Shown here: positions 14,201 through 25,227 of the stretch, in pieces
Numbering within the stretch: the first letter of the stretch is position 1
How the letters are laid out: each line of letters starts with the position of its first letter
Assembly (NCBI GenBank): GCA_965240325.2
Contig: OZ251239.1
Span: 372,001-436,000, forward strand
Length of the DNA stretch: 64,000 nt
Origin: Rebecca billardiae RCC1528
Lineage: Eukaryota > Protista > Haptophyta
Direction: 5' to 3'
The notes under the pieces: model-generated
What the model was told of the DNA's origin: nothing
Database searches by the model: none
Seen by the model: the letters and a program-made list of their open reading frames with translations, nothing else
Translations under genes and position numbers: made by a program

Positions 14201-14829
14201 TCTCCCACTTCCTGCAGATGGTCCGGCTGCACGGCGCGTCCGGACTCCAGGTCGAGTCGGTGCAGGAGGCCAGCATCCGGCTGCAGGGCGTGGCGCGCGA
14301 CTCGGCAGAGGCCGAGCTCGAAGACGAGCGCGGGACCCTTGCGCACGCGGTCGGCAGGCTGGGTGAGACTGAGCCACGCGAGGCGGCCGAGCTGCTGCGC
14401 GCGATGCCTGCGTCCGGGCTGATCCGCACCGACCGGATGGGTGGGATGAAGGGCTCGCGCGGCTCGCCCAGCGCCCTGCCGCCGCTCGAGCGCCAATTCT
14501 CGCCGGGCACGCAGGCGCGGCGCGCGCGCATCCGCGCGATGGGCGCGCCACTCAGCGCGGCCTCCTCGAAAGCGCCGACCACGCGCGTCGGCGGCGTGCG
14601 CGCCACGCCCGCCGACGCGGCGGCGCGCGGCGGCGCCGACGCCGCGGCGACCACGCCGCCGCGCACGGGCGGCATGACGCTCGCCACCAACGCGAGCGGC
14701 GCCACGCAGATTGCGGACGTGCGCGGCGCACACGCCGCCTCCTCCGCTGAGCTCTACTCCAGCACCACGCGCCGCAGCCGTGAGGAGGCGGTCTGGGATG
14801 AGGTCTTCCGCAACATCCGCATGCTCTGA
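8282..14829 (+). CDS. IQ-motif plus multiple-GAF-domain protein (~1897 aa). Exons 8282-10040, 10402-11894, 12086-13882, 14185-14829
   Basis: IQ-like AALVFQSMFRGRTVR. GAF signatures such as GILGHVAQTGQAVRTDDA..HPFY, MPVRDSLGHVVGVLQARGK, FTTEDIEFLE, FTPADAQLA and FQPEDEHLAATIAAQ. GT-AG introns join the frames; total 5694 nt is divisible by 3. Confidence 0.8.
13955..14025. repeat. 12-bp minisatellite (GCGTGATCTCGC)n inside an intron
   Basis: About 5 imperfect copies visible. Confidence 0.8.
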
Positions 14830-15194
14830 GCAGTCGGTCTCAGATTACTCTGTGGTCTGAGGCAGGGCGCGGCGGCGGCTTGCTCGTGCCGCACTGCTGC
14901 TCATGATGCGGCCGATGTGAGAAGTGACGACACGGGTACAGCCGAGCCCGACAGCGCGCGACGACGACGACGACCGCGTTGCGCGGTTGCTTGACCTCGT
15001 CTGCTTGACCTCGTCGCGCTGCCAGCTGCGCGACCCAGCAGCATTATTTAAGTATAAGTTGCTGCGCGTGCTATTAATATATATATATAATTTATATATA
15101 TAGCTACTAGCTAGCGCGCGCGCGCGCTCCGGGCCCGGCTCTGCTCACTCTCTCTAGCTAGTCTCTCACGGCGACTCACGTCTCACGACTCTCA

Positions 15195-15460
15195 CTAGTC
15201 ACTGTCTCTCTCTCTGACTCTCTCTCTGTCCCGGTATTGACGCACACACTACCGACATCACATGCACACAGCAGCGCTCTCACTCTCACTCTCACTGTCT
15301 CTCTCTCTGACTCTCTCTCTAGCTGTCCCGGTATTGACACACCGAGTACACACACACACACACACACACACCGACACACATATATCATCATATGTATATA
15401 TATATACATACATATATACATATGTATATATATATATGATGTGATGTATATATATACATA
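15195..15460. repeat. (CT)n/(CA)n/(TA)n microsatellites with a local duplication
   Basis: CACTGTCTCTCTCTCTGACTCTCTCTCT..GTCCCGGTATTGAC occurs twice, followed by CA and TA runs. Confidence 0.85.
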
Positions 15461-15653
15461 TACTGTGCAGCCGCCTGTCGAGTGCCCCTGTGCGCGCCTG
15501 ATGCATGGCTGGGAGGCGCGCCGCAAGTTCCGCACTTACTTGTATATATTGGATCGTCGCGCGCGCGCGTCCGGTCACGGCCACGGCCCCGGTGACGGGT
15601 CGACAGCAGTTGTCGTCACCTAGCCCACAGACCGGCCGTGGTGAATGCGCTCA

Positions 15654-17420
15654 TCAATACTGCTTCGCCGTCGCGTGCTGCTGCTCCTGCAGCTGCGGCT
15701 GGACCTGCTGGAGGGCCACCTGCACCTTGGTCGTCGACGCGCTCGAGCCCGCAATCACCACGGCCGTGCCCACGATGGTCACGAGCATGCCGACGCAAGC
15801 GAGCGGCGTCGGCGGCGACATGTGGCGCCACCACACGTTCTCGGCACTCGCGATGACGGGCCCGAGCAGCGCGAGCACGGAGACGACAAGGGGCGAGATG
15901 TACTTGAGCGCAACCACGAAGCCCAGGTTGCCCAGCACCTCCACGAAGAGCGCCGCGCCGAGCGCGACGGGCAGCTTGCGCGGCATGAGGAAGCCGAACA
16001 CGCCGGTGGGCTCGATGCCGAGCGGCGCGCGCGCCGGGCCGAGGAGCAGCACGGGGATGGTGAGCGCCCACGCGCCAAAGGCGATGAGGGCGAACTGTAC
16101 GGCGGGCTCCATCACCGGCCGGAGCCGCTTGCACGCGAAGAGGTACATCACGCTGCCCAGCGTGCCGCTCAGCGCGATCAGGCAGCCGAGGTTCTTCTTC
16201 GAGCTATCGGCCGCCTCGTGCTCGGCGCCGGCGGCCGGCGCGGGCGCGGAGAGGGTGATGACAATGAGACCGGCGAGGGCGACGAGCGCGCCGGCGCCCT
16301 CCGAGAGCAGGATGGGCTCGCGGCGGATGAGGCGCAGGCTGAGCAACAGGATGGGTGTCATGTTATTGAAGAGCAGCGCCAGTGACGCGCGCGTCATGTG
16401 CAGCGCGACGACGAACGTGCCGAAGTGGAACCACCAGCCGACCGCCGCGCACCCGACGAGCAGCACGCGCGTCGGGCTGCCGAGCGAGTTGCGCACGTTC
16501 TGCGAGGCGACGAAGCGCGTGATCGCCCACGGGGCAAGGATGAGCGTCGTGCATATGAACCGCCACGAGAGCCGCGTGAGCAGCGTAGCCTCGTCGCCGA
16601 GCACGTGGAAGCCCATGTCGGTGGAGGACATGCACAGGACTGCGACAGTCAGGATGGCCCAGCCGATGATCGGCACCTTGCGCTCAATCTTCATCGCCAC
16701 CACCTTCTCGGCGTCGGGGACGGAGGCGGTGGTGGGGCGGCGCGAGGAGAGGGAGAGGCGCCTGGCCGGCACGCCGGCCGCGCCGTCGTCCGGCGCCGCC
16801 CCCTTGTGCCCGTCGCTGTCACCGAGTGCGGCGGTGGACTCGGGCGTCGGTCGACAACGGAACACCAGCATGTCTGCTGGCTCGCCAGAGGCCGGCTCGA
16901 CGGCGATGGGGCGGCCGTCCTCGGGGTCGTCCTCCACACGGTCGCTCGAGATGACCTGCGCCTCAATCCACTCGACTGTAGGCTCCTGCTCCTGCTCCTG
17001 CGCCGACTCAGCCAAGGGCTGCTGCGCAGGCACCGGCGGCGCGCGCTGGACCTCGCTGAACGTCACCTCCGTGATGCCGCTGGGCAGGTGCGGCAGGTGG
17101 AGAAAGGAGCGGTTGTCAAGGCGATGGATGCCCTGGACCGTGAACACACGCCCAACGTCCTCTTCCTCGGGCACCACCGCGGCGTCGCTGCGCGGCACGT
17201 TGGGGTGCAGCAGGCCTCCGCCGCCCTCCGCCTCTGCAGGCGGCTCGGCGGCATCAGCATCGGGCACGATCGCGCCGCCAGCCTCAGGCAGGACAGAGGC
17301 GAGATCTTCGGCCATTTGCTCCTCGGGAAGCCCGACAGCTGCCCCGATGGCGCTCACGTCCACCGCCCATGTCTGCTCGGCGTTGTCGTCGTCAGCGGTC
17401 ATCCTCTGCTGCTCGTTCAT
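15654..17420 (-). CDS. EamA/DMT-family transporter with long acidic N-terminal extension
   Basis: About 10 hydrophobic helices with DMT-like motifs (SWRF, ALHMTRASLALLFNNMTP, ALKYISPLVVSVLALLGPVIAS). Start placed at ATG 17420; uncertain. Confidence 0.8.
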   Translation of the reverse strand: MNEQQRMTADDDNAEQTWAVDVSAIGAAVGLPEEQMAEDLASVLPEAGGAIVPDADAAEPPAEAEGGGGLLHPNVPRSDAAVVPEEEDVGRVFTVQGIHRLDNRSFLHLPHLPSGITEVTFSEVQRAPPVPAQQPLAESAQEQEQEPTVEWIEAQVISSDRVEDDPEDGRPIAVEPASGEPADMLVFRCRPTPESTAALGDSDGHKGAAPDDGAAGVPARRLSLSSRRPTTASVPDAEKVVAMKIERKVPIIGWAILTVAVLCMSSTDMGFHVLGDEATLLTRLSWRFICTTLILAPWAITRFVASQNVRNSLGSPTRVLLVGCAAVGWWFHFGTFVVALHMTRASLALLFNNMTPILLLSLRLIRREPILLSEGAGALVALAGLIVITLSAPAPAAGAEHEAADSSKKNLGCLIALSGTLGSVMYLFACKRLRPVMEPAVQFALIAFGAWALTIPVLLLGPARAPLGIEPTGVFGFLMPRKLPVALGAALFVEVLGNLGFVVALKYISPLVVSVLALLGPVIASAENVWWRHMSPPTPLACVGMLVTIVGTAVVIAGSSASTTKVQVALQQVQPQLQEQQHATAKQY

Positions 17421-20420
17421 CGCGCCGGCCTGCACCCGGTGCGGCCTGTGCAGTTCGAGCTGCGTTGGAGGACGCTGGATGCCACGCGGATGCAAAAAAG
17501 CGGTAATCAGGTGGTAGATAGTCAAAAGCTCTTATGGGATTTCTTTCTATGGAGGGCCCTCATCTATATTCTGTGTCCTACTCACGAAACTTTTACCGAG
17601 TTTTTTACGCCTGCTCGTCCAGTTTGACTGGGCAGACGCGAATCTCCTGTCGGTTCACGAATCTCACAAAGGAGGAAGCGGACGGACCAGTCCTGCAGCT
17701 GTTCAAGCTTCCAGCCAATGATAGATGTGTTCCAGGCAGTACTGTACAAGTTGAAAGTTGATCTGACGCCGCCGCCGCCGCCGCCCGATAACCCGATTCC
17801 CATCATCAACGGCCCGCCCCATCAGCCATGGCGGCCGTCGTCCCCTTAGCGCGAAAAGCAACAGGGTAGGCCAGTCACCCGCGGAATGCCCGCGATGCTC
17901 GCATTCGGGAGTTCAATCATACATCGGTAGTTCAGCACAGCAACTCGGCGCAGTGGCGCGTGGCGACGGCTACCATCTCCCTGCACGTCCGGATTTCCGC
18001 CGCGGAGCGCTGCGCGCCCCAGGGTCGCGCATGGACGCACGCCTGCATATTCGTCAAGTTTGTCATCTGGCCGCGATGAGAGCCTCGATGGAGGCCGTTT
18101 TGAACGCACGTAGGCGCAGCGAGACGACGCGTGCAGGGCCGTTCGACGCTGCGGGCGCCTTGCTGATGGCGTTAGAGACTCAAGATTGAGGCCTGCTGAA
18201 GACTAAGTCCCTCGGACAGTCCGGGCGCCAGACCCGGACTGTGCAGGCGCCCGAGATATGAATCTTATCTAAGATCGACAACGCCAGCACACCAGGCGCG
18301 CAGTTCAATTCCGGTCGGTGATTCACCCGAGGAGCTACACAGCACGACGATGACGCCGATGATCCTCCGGCCGCCGAATAGTTATAATAATAGTGTCAGA
18401 CGGCCTATTGCCGGGACTTCAAGCTAGCAATCAGCTCAAGTACTACTAGCTGACGCGGTCAGTACCTGTTACGTTCAGAAGAGGCTGCGCCGGCTCACTT
18501 AATACTGCTGCTGGCTATGATGCCGACTCTTCCCGACTTCCATTGGACCAGGTCCAGGGGCACGGGGGCTCCGCACCGTTGCTGTTGGCGTTGACGTGCC
18601 GCGTCGACGGCTCCGCTCACCGTCCGCTGTCCGCAGCCGCGCGGGCCGGACGCGGCGGAGTGACGCGGACGCCCAGGCTGAGAGCCTGCGACGACTATAC
18701 CGCTATAATCCAGGAGCTAATGAGTCTCAGCACCAGCTGCCGCGGCTGTGAGCTCGTCATCAGCCAGTAGTAACTCGGCCTCACGCGGCACTGGCCCTAG
18801 CGTGGTCCGACGGACTCGGGTAAGGAGGCAGCCAGGACCGTCGCGGAGGAGCCCCCGCGAGTCAAGCACTGTCTCAAAGTTCAGTCAGTGACTGTCGTAA
18901 CAGTGACGTGGCTGACTCACCGTGACTGAGTAGTGAGTCACTACTCTCATTGGAACCGTCTGCTGACGAAATTCCTGGCTTCAGCGGTGCCACCGGGCAC
19001 GTCTTCCGCGCCGGAGTCTGCGGCTCGCGTCCGGTCCGGGTCTGACTCTGAGTCTGACGCTCACTCACTGACGGTCTGAAGCTGGCCACTGCGGGCGGTA
19101 GAATTTGATAGTATTGCGTTGGTATAATAACGCAGGCGGCTGTCTGATGGCAGCCTGCGGAGAGTCGGAGACGTGCGCAGTGTAATTAAATCGTCTTATT
19201 GCATCATCAGTGCCCGGCACTCACACTGCGCGGCTGCAGCGGCAGTGGCATCAGTCACAGTGCGGCAGGGACATTGACCGTCCGCCCGGGCGGGACAGGC
19301 CGGGACAGGTCGGCCGCCGCGGGTCCGGGAATGAGTGACTCCGGGACGGGGCCGCCGGGAGGACTACGGGACGACTCGGCAAATAAGGTGGCGGGATCGT
19401 CCGCGACTGATGACGGAGAACTTTATTATTATCATTCAGCCATATATGATTGTGATGATGCCTCCGATCTGCCCACGACTACTCCGGGTCACCCCAGGCG
19501 GCCACCGTCTCAGGCAGTCAGGCAGCGTCTACTGCATTCTACTAGTACCACGACTACCAGTAGTCGTACTGATATTGTTTAGTCATCAATATAATTGTAG
19601 TAGTTATCGTATATATATATCGTGTCGTAGTCAGACAATGCCTGCTTCGGATCAGAGTCAGCTTGACCGTCCTTGGGCTTGTCGGTCGCTAGTGAGTCAT
19701 ACGCATTACGGTTATAATATTATATTTACGCGCCGGACGGATAAGTCCGAGACCGCGCCAGGCATCTGTCTGTTACTATTATTATTTATTATAATTAGAA
19801 TGACGAACTAAGCTTAAAGCTAGTTCACGGTGACGCCCGACGCCGCGGTCAGCCGGTCATGAATCACATTATCATCATCATTTGCGCGCAGCATGATCGG
19901 CCCAACTTCGTACGTCAGTCAGTTCCGCAGCCCCGGCCCGGCGGCCCGGCCTGCGTCAGGCCCGCGGCCTGCCGTGCGGGCCGCTAACTGCGGGGCCGCC
20001 GGGCGTACCGCGGTACCGCCCGCGGGCCCCGAGTCCTGCCGCATGAGTCCGCCGGTCCGCGGTCGATGCCATGATGACCGAATCACTGCGATCGGTCGAA
20101 GCCAGTCCAACGCACGCAGGGGTCAGGCCTGCGAGATGCCCGGGACAGCCGCACTGCACCCAGGGGGCTCCGTGCCGCGAGACAGAGCCACGCCGGCACG
20201 GACGCGGGACACCAGCGGTCGCGCACAGCGCAGCATCTGTACTCCGATGTGAGTCGGAACTGAGCTGATTCAGGCCCTTCAAACGCGGATGCGGACGTCA
20301 AAGCCCCGCGGGTCCGCGCGTCGGCCCTCCAGCATCGGCCAGCCATCGGGCCGCAGCCCGGCGGCAGAACGAGTGCACGAGCGCAGCGCGTCAAGCCATC
20401 GGCCGAGCGGACAGATGCGC

Positions 20421-20970
20421 TCAGTGGGCGCGCTCTGCGCGGCGGGGCAGGCGGCAGCATGCACGCGAGGGAGGTGGCGTGTGAGCCCAGGTGCGTGCGG
20501 GAGACGGTGCTCTGGGCGCGGGCGCGCGCACCGTGGCACTGCTTCATCATGTCGTAGATGTGGTCGCATCGCTCGAACTGGTTGCCCGTGTCCGCCATGC
20601 ACTTGAGGAACCCCTGAGTCTCAACGGAGCAGACCGGTGCACCGCCGCCTGCCGGCAGCGCGCCCTGCTCAGCGGGCGCGGGCGCGGCGGTGGAGCCACC
20701 ACCACCGCCGAACATGTAGTTGCCCACAGCCGAGCCCACCATCGAGCCCGCAGCCGACGAGGCCATCGTACCCATCAGGCCCGGGCCCTGGCTCTGCACG
20801 GCCGGCGGCTGCGCTGCGGCCGAGGCCGGGGCCGGAGGCGGCGAGGGCTTTGGCGCCATCGACGCCTGCGACGGCGCGGAAGGCGCGGCGTTGGTGTGCA
20901 TGCCACGCGACGGCGGCGCCGACGGGGCGGCGGGCTTCGGCCCGGCGTTCTGGCGGCGCGAGAATCCCAT
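20421..20970 (-). CDS. Mic17/CHCHD2/CHCHD10-like mitochondrial twin-CX9C protein (exons 20970-20532, 20434-20421)
   Basis: Basic N-terminus, GPGLMGTMASSAAGSMVGSAVG helix, C-X9-C...C-X9-C; GT-AG intron 20531-20435; 150 aa. Confidence 0.88.
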
Positions 20971-21482
20971 GGGTGCGGAGTGGCGGAAGGACGCGACGAG
21001 GCGGACGACGAGCTGCTGGCCGAGAGACGGTCGAGACGAGCTGCGGTCGTAGGAGGTGTCCCGACGAGCCACGCACCTCTCCTTCGCGGGGCGCGGCTAC
21101 TGTTCTAGCCGGGGCGACGCGCCAATTGGCGCGCTTTCTCGCGAGGAGCCTTGCACCAAGGGCGGTACTTGCACGATGGCTGCTCGCCACGGGGCCCTCG
21201 CAAGAGTGTCAGTCAAGGCTGGAAGATTCAAGATATTGATACACGCCGACTGTCGCCGACTGTCAAAGTCAGGTTGGCCAGTGGTCAAGAACTGGCGACC
21301 CGCGCCCGGCGGCGCCACCGGCTCGCCTGCGCAGCACTCCTAAGAACTGGCCCAGCCCCAGCATGGCCACTGGCGTCAGCCGCTAAGCGAGGCGGCCCAC
21401 GCGCCATTCGACAAGCCGTGACGGGCGAGCAGTACGGCTGCGCCGCGCGACGCCTGGCCCACCTGGCCAGGCGGCGAGCGCC

Positions 21483-22176
21483 ATGGCCGACGACGGCCCC
21501 CCGCGCCTCGTCCACTGCCTGCCGTACCACCCGGGCAAGGGCCACGCGCGCTTTGCGGTCGTGAAGCAGTGCGTGCAAGCACGCGCGCACGCCCGCGCGC
21601 GCGGCGGGCCGTGCGCGGCGCGCGTGGGCGCGCGTGGCGCACACCCCACCCACGAGCCTCGCCGCGCGCCGCCCCGCTCACGGCATGCCGCCCGTGCCGC
21701 CCATGCGCGGCCTCGTGCGTCGCTGCGTGCGCAGCTTCCTGCCTGCCGGCTGGTGCGCCGCGTACAAGTTCACGATCTTCGAGGACTCGTACCTCGTGAG
21801 CTTCGTCGAGGTGGACATGCAGGGGAGGCAGACACGCGAGGACGCGGCGCTGCACCTCGCGCGGTACGCGGCCGCGCACCGACAGCCGCCGCCGCTGGCG
21901 GGCGATACGGCGAGCGGCGTGCATGCACACGCCTGCTCACAAGGCTGGCTCTCCTCGCTGCCCCGCTTCGAGCTCGTGTGGCCGCTCGCGATGGACGCGG
22001 AGTTCATACGCACCGTCGACCAGGCCTTCTACACAGCCGCGCTGCGCCCGCGCGCCGCCAAGCGCAAGGGCCTCGGCTCGCCCGGCGACAGCGCGAGCGG
22101 CAGGCCGCCAGGCAGCGGCGCGGACCTGCCGCTCGAAGTGCACGCCAAGATGCGCCGGCTCTCCTTCGACCCGTGA
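21483..22176 (+). CDS. Hypothetical protein (exons 21483-21568, 21735-22176; 175 aa)
   Basis: A GTGCGT...GCGCAG intron joins two protein-like frames (VVKH-FLPAGWCAAYKFTIFEDSYLVSFVEVDM). Confidence 0.7.
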
Positions 22177-22223
22177 CAGTCTCAGTCTCCGGCTCTCCTT
22201 CGACCCGTGACAGTCTCAGTCTC
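22154..22223. repeat. 35-bp tandem duplication spanning the stop codon
   Basis: CCGGCTCTCCTTCGACCCGTGACAGTCTCAGTCTC occurs twice. Confidence 0.9.
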
Positions 22224-22476
22224 CGTGTTACGAAACACCGACAGCCGTCGGCACGCGGAGGCGCGCGCGCGGGAGAACCGCGACGCCCTGCCGACGCAGC
22301 TTGCCGACGTTCTGGCTGGCATGTAGATGTACGACGCAGTCTCAGCACTGATCGTGTGACCAGTGACTAACTAGATACTGTACCATCGGCGACGGCTTCA
22401 TGGGCGGTGACAGTTGGCGGGCGTCAATCTCGCCTGCCTGAGCTGTGTGCGTCTCTTATTCTTTCTAGTAAAACGC

Positions 22477-22648
22477 CGGTCTGTGGCCGAGTGGGAATAC
22501 TGGCGTGCTCTTGCGTCTGAGGTCATGGGTTCAAACCCCCAGTTTCCAGGTCTCTCTTCGGAGAGCGTGCGATGAAGGATGGCGCGGCAACCTGCCACCG
22601 TGAGCCTTACGCACGTTAAAACAAATAAACTGTAGTAGCAGTAGTAGA
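22477..22648 (+). mobile_element. tRNA-derived SINE-like element
   Basis: Pol III A box TGGCCGAGTGG (22484) and B box GGTTCAAACCC (22528) at tRNA spacing, but no acceptor stem. Tail GCACGTTAAAACA..TAAACTGTAGT is shared with 44722-44748. Confidence 0.55.
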
Positions 22649-22714
22649 TGTGTGCATCTGCAGCAAACTGTAGCTTTTATTACGACTTATAATTGGTATT
22701 ACGTAGGCCAAGCG

Positions 22715-23833
22715 ATGCCGGCCGGCTCGGCGTGTCTGCTCGTCGCGCACGTGGCGCTCGCAGGTGCCGCTGCTGCCGCGGTGCCGCCGATCGTGCAGCT
22801 CCAGCGCGCGTGGGTGCCAACGGAGATCATCTCTATCGCGCGACGGCACGCTGACAGCCTAGCGTCCCGACACATCGCCGAGGCGCTGTGGCGCGCGGCC
22901 GGGGCGCTCAAGCAGCCACGCTGTGCGAGCGCCCGCGCCTCGCTCGCGGCTTCAGGCGACGTGCCAGCCGTGCTCGAGGCCATCGCAAGGGACGCCGCGC
23001 CGTCAGACGTGGTGAATCTCCTGCGTGCGGCCGCTCTTCTTGGCATTGGCCCGCAGCACAGTCGGGCACACGCACTCGTGCTTGATGGCGTCGCACACGC
23101 GCGCGGCTGCTGTGAGGCTCTCACCGCGGGCGAGGTGACGGCTGCTGAATGGGCGATCACGAAGCTCGGCGAGAGCCGAGCGGACTGCCCCCTCGCCATA
23201 CGAGCGCGTGACTTCCCATTCCGCGCACACGCGGACGTCATGCCGCCAGCGGCCGTGGACTTCGAGCGCCTGTTCGAACAGCTGCGGCCACACCTGCGGC
23301 GCGAGCAGATCGAGCTGAAGGACTCGAAGGGTACGCGGCGCGTGCCAGAGTCGCGGCTGACGGCGTGGCTGTCCGACAGCGGCCGGTCATTCCTCTACTC
23401 TGGCAAGGCCATGGAGCCGACCCCGCTGCGCACGGCGAGCGCGTGCGTCGCTGACGTGCGTGAGAGCGTGCATGCGCACTCCGGCATATACTACGACAGC
23501 GTGCTGGTCAACTACTACGCGCACGGCAAGGTGGGCATGCGGTACCACCAGGATCCGGATCAGGGGACGTTGTGGTCGACGGACACGCACGTCGTCAGCT
23601 TCGGCTGTGCGCGCACGTTCGTGCTGCGCAAGCTCACGTCCGGCGCCGAAGGCGCAGGCTCGCCGGGCTCGAGCGGCGCGGCGCTGCACCACGAGTTTGT
23701 GATGCAGCACGGCGATTGCATGCACATGCACGGCCGATGCCAGCTCGACTATCAGCACTGCGTGCGGGTTGAGCGCGGGGAGGAGGACGCTGGACCGCGC
23801 ATCTCACTGGTCTTCAAGAAGAGCCTGCAGTGA
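22715..23833 (+). CDS. AlkB-family (ALKBH2/3-like) 2OG-Fe(II) dioxygenase
   Basis: ESRLTAW, YSG, DSVLVNYY, HxD (HQD), VSFGCARTF, QH and PRISLVFK motifs; hydrophobic N-terminus. Confidence 0.88.
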   Translation: MPAGSACLLVAHVALAGAAAAAVPPIVQLQRAWVPTEIISIARRHADSLASRHIAEALWRAAGALKQPRCASARASLAASGDVPAVLEAIARDAAPSDVVNLLRAAALLGIGPQHSRAHALVLDGVAHARGCCEALTAGEVTAAEWAITKLGESRADCPLAIRARDFPFRAHADVMPPAAVDFERLFEQLRPHLRREQIELKDSKGTRRVPESRLTAWLSDSGRSFLYSGKAMEPTPLRTASACVADVRESVHAHSGIYYDSVLVNYYAHGKVGMRYHQDPDQGTLWSTDTHVVSFGCARTFVLRKLTSGAEGAGSPGSSGAALHHEFVMQHGDCMHMHGRCQLDYQHCVRVERGEEDAGPRISLVFKKSLQ

Positions 23834-24142
23834 CTGTTGGCATTGTTGGCCTTCGACGGCAGGCGCCGGCTCTTGTGAGTGAGTCGTGGCTCGTCGTCGA
23901 CGTCGTCATCTGTTGACGTGTTATTGACTGTTCACGCATCTTAGGGTTAGTCTTAGCTACACTGCTCAGCACTACTGTCAGTCTGTTGAGCGTTCATCTC
24001 GGACACGGGTTCCCGGATCCGGGCTACTGACGAGCAGTCCGCGTCGTACCGCCATCATCTCTGCACGCACAGGAAGAGAGCAGAGCGGCGGCGCCCGTCA
24101 GTCGCGCAGCTCACACGTCGATCGGTGGCGCTCCTAGCTAGC

Positions 24143-24753
24143 TTAGTAGTCCAATCCGCCGTCCTCCTGCTTCTCTGCATCCTTGGCAATGTGGTAGTTC
24201 ACAAGCTGCGCGACGCCGCCCTGCGCGTAGATGGTGTGCCCTGGCTGCAACGTGTCCATAATGAAGCCGTCTTGCCTACCATCGAGCTTGGGCACATCCG
24301 ACGGCCCGCCGCGCGCCCCCGTCATCTTCGCCTTCTGCGGTAAGTAGGAGAGGGGCATGCGCCCATAGCTGTCTGCAATGTCGGTCGCTGCTCCCAGACC
24401 CTCGAGAAAACGGCCGACCTGTACGTGCCCCTCGTGGCAGGCCCAGTGCAGCGCGGTTCTGCCTTCACGATCCTGCGCCTCCAGGTCAACGCGACCCGAC
24501 TCGATCAGGATCCTGGAGGCAACCACGATCAAAGTGAGGGCGTACGCGCATGTAAGACGTGGCCCGCCCGTCCGGCTGCGAACACGCGCAGGGCAGCCAC
24601 GCACCTGCACGCCTCAAGATGGCCATTCTTGGCAGCGAGGTGTAGTAGTGTCAGGCCATCTGGGTCGGCGACCATCAAATCGCGCTCAGCCTCGACGAAC
24701 TCAGCGAGCCTGTCCACATGACCGTGCTCGCCAGCCTCGAAGTAGCCCGCCAT
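24143..24753 (-). CDS. Small ankyrin-repeat protein (exons 24753-24605, 24512-24143; 172 aa)
   Basis: [40 protein letters not shown] and DSYGRMPL repeats; GT-AG intron 24604-24513. Confidence 0.85.
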
Positions 24754-25227
24754 CGTCCTGCGTTCCAATGAAACGACCCCGCCCGCGAAACCGCCAGCGG
24801 AGTTGCTCACCCTTACTACCCTTGGTGCATCCGTGCATCCGAGTGACTCATCATCTTCGTCATCATGCTTGAACAATAAAGTCTCACTAGCTCACGCGCT
24901 GCCGGTGCAGCCGCGGAGGCGGCGGACAAATACGACGACTCCTGAGTCGATCGTCGTCACGCCGGTGACACGTAGTCAGCGCTATAGTCAGGCAGCAGGC
25001 GCAGCAGCACCTCACTGTTCCGCGCATCCGAGCCGGCATGTGGCGGATGTGGCGCAACAGCGCCGCCTGCGTGACCCCGCAGTACCCGCAGCGGCGGCCA
25101 GCCCCAGGTCCGGCCCCGGGCCAACGGCGGATGGTCAAGGCGCCCGTCACGAGTCACGGCGCAACTCGGAGCCCGGGCACCGCGGCCATCCGCCGGGCCA
25201 TCCGCCGGGCCATCCCTCCGGGGACCG

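Noticed and set aside
5279-14733. Many long overlapping Arg/Ala/Pro-rich ORFs on both strands (also across 53779-60611)
   Set aside because: Shadow frames caused by stop-codon scarcity at very high GC; only one frame per locus has protein-like composition
17530-18250. Short lower-GC ORFs upstream of the EamA gene
   Set aside because: Interrupted and with no recognisable family; probably decayed sequence
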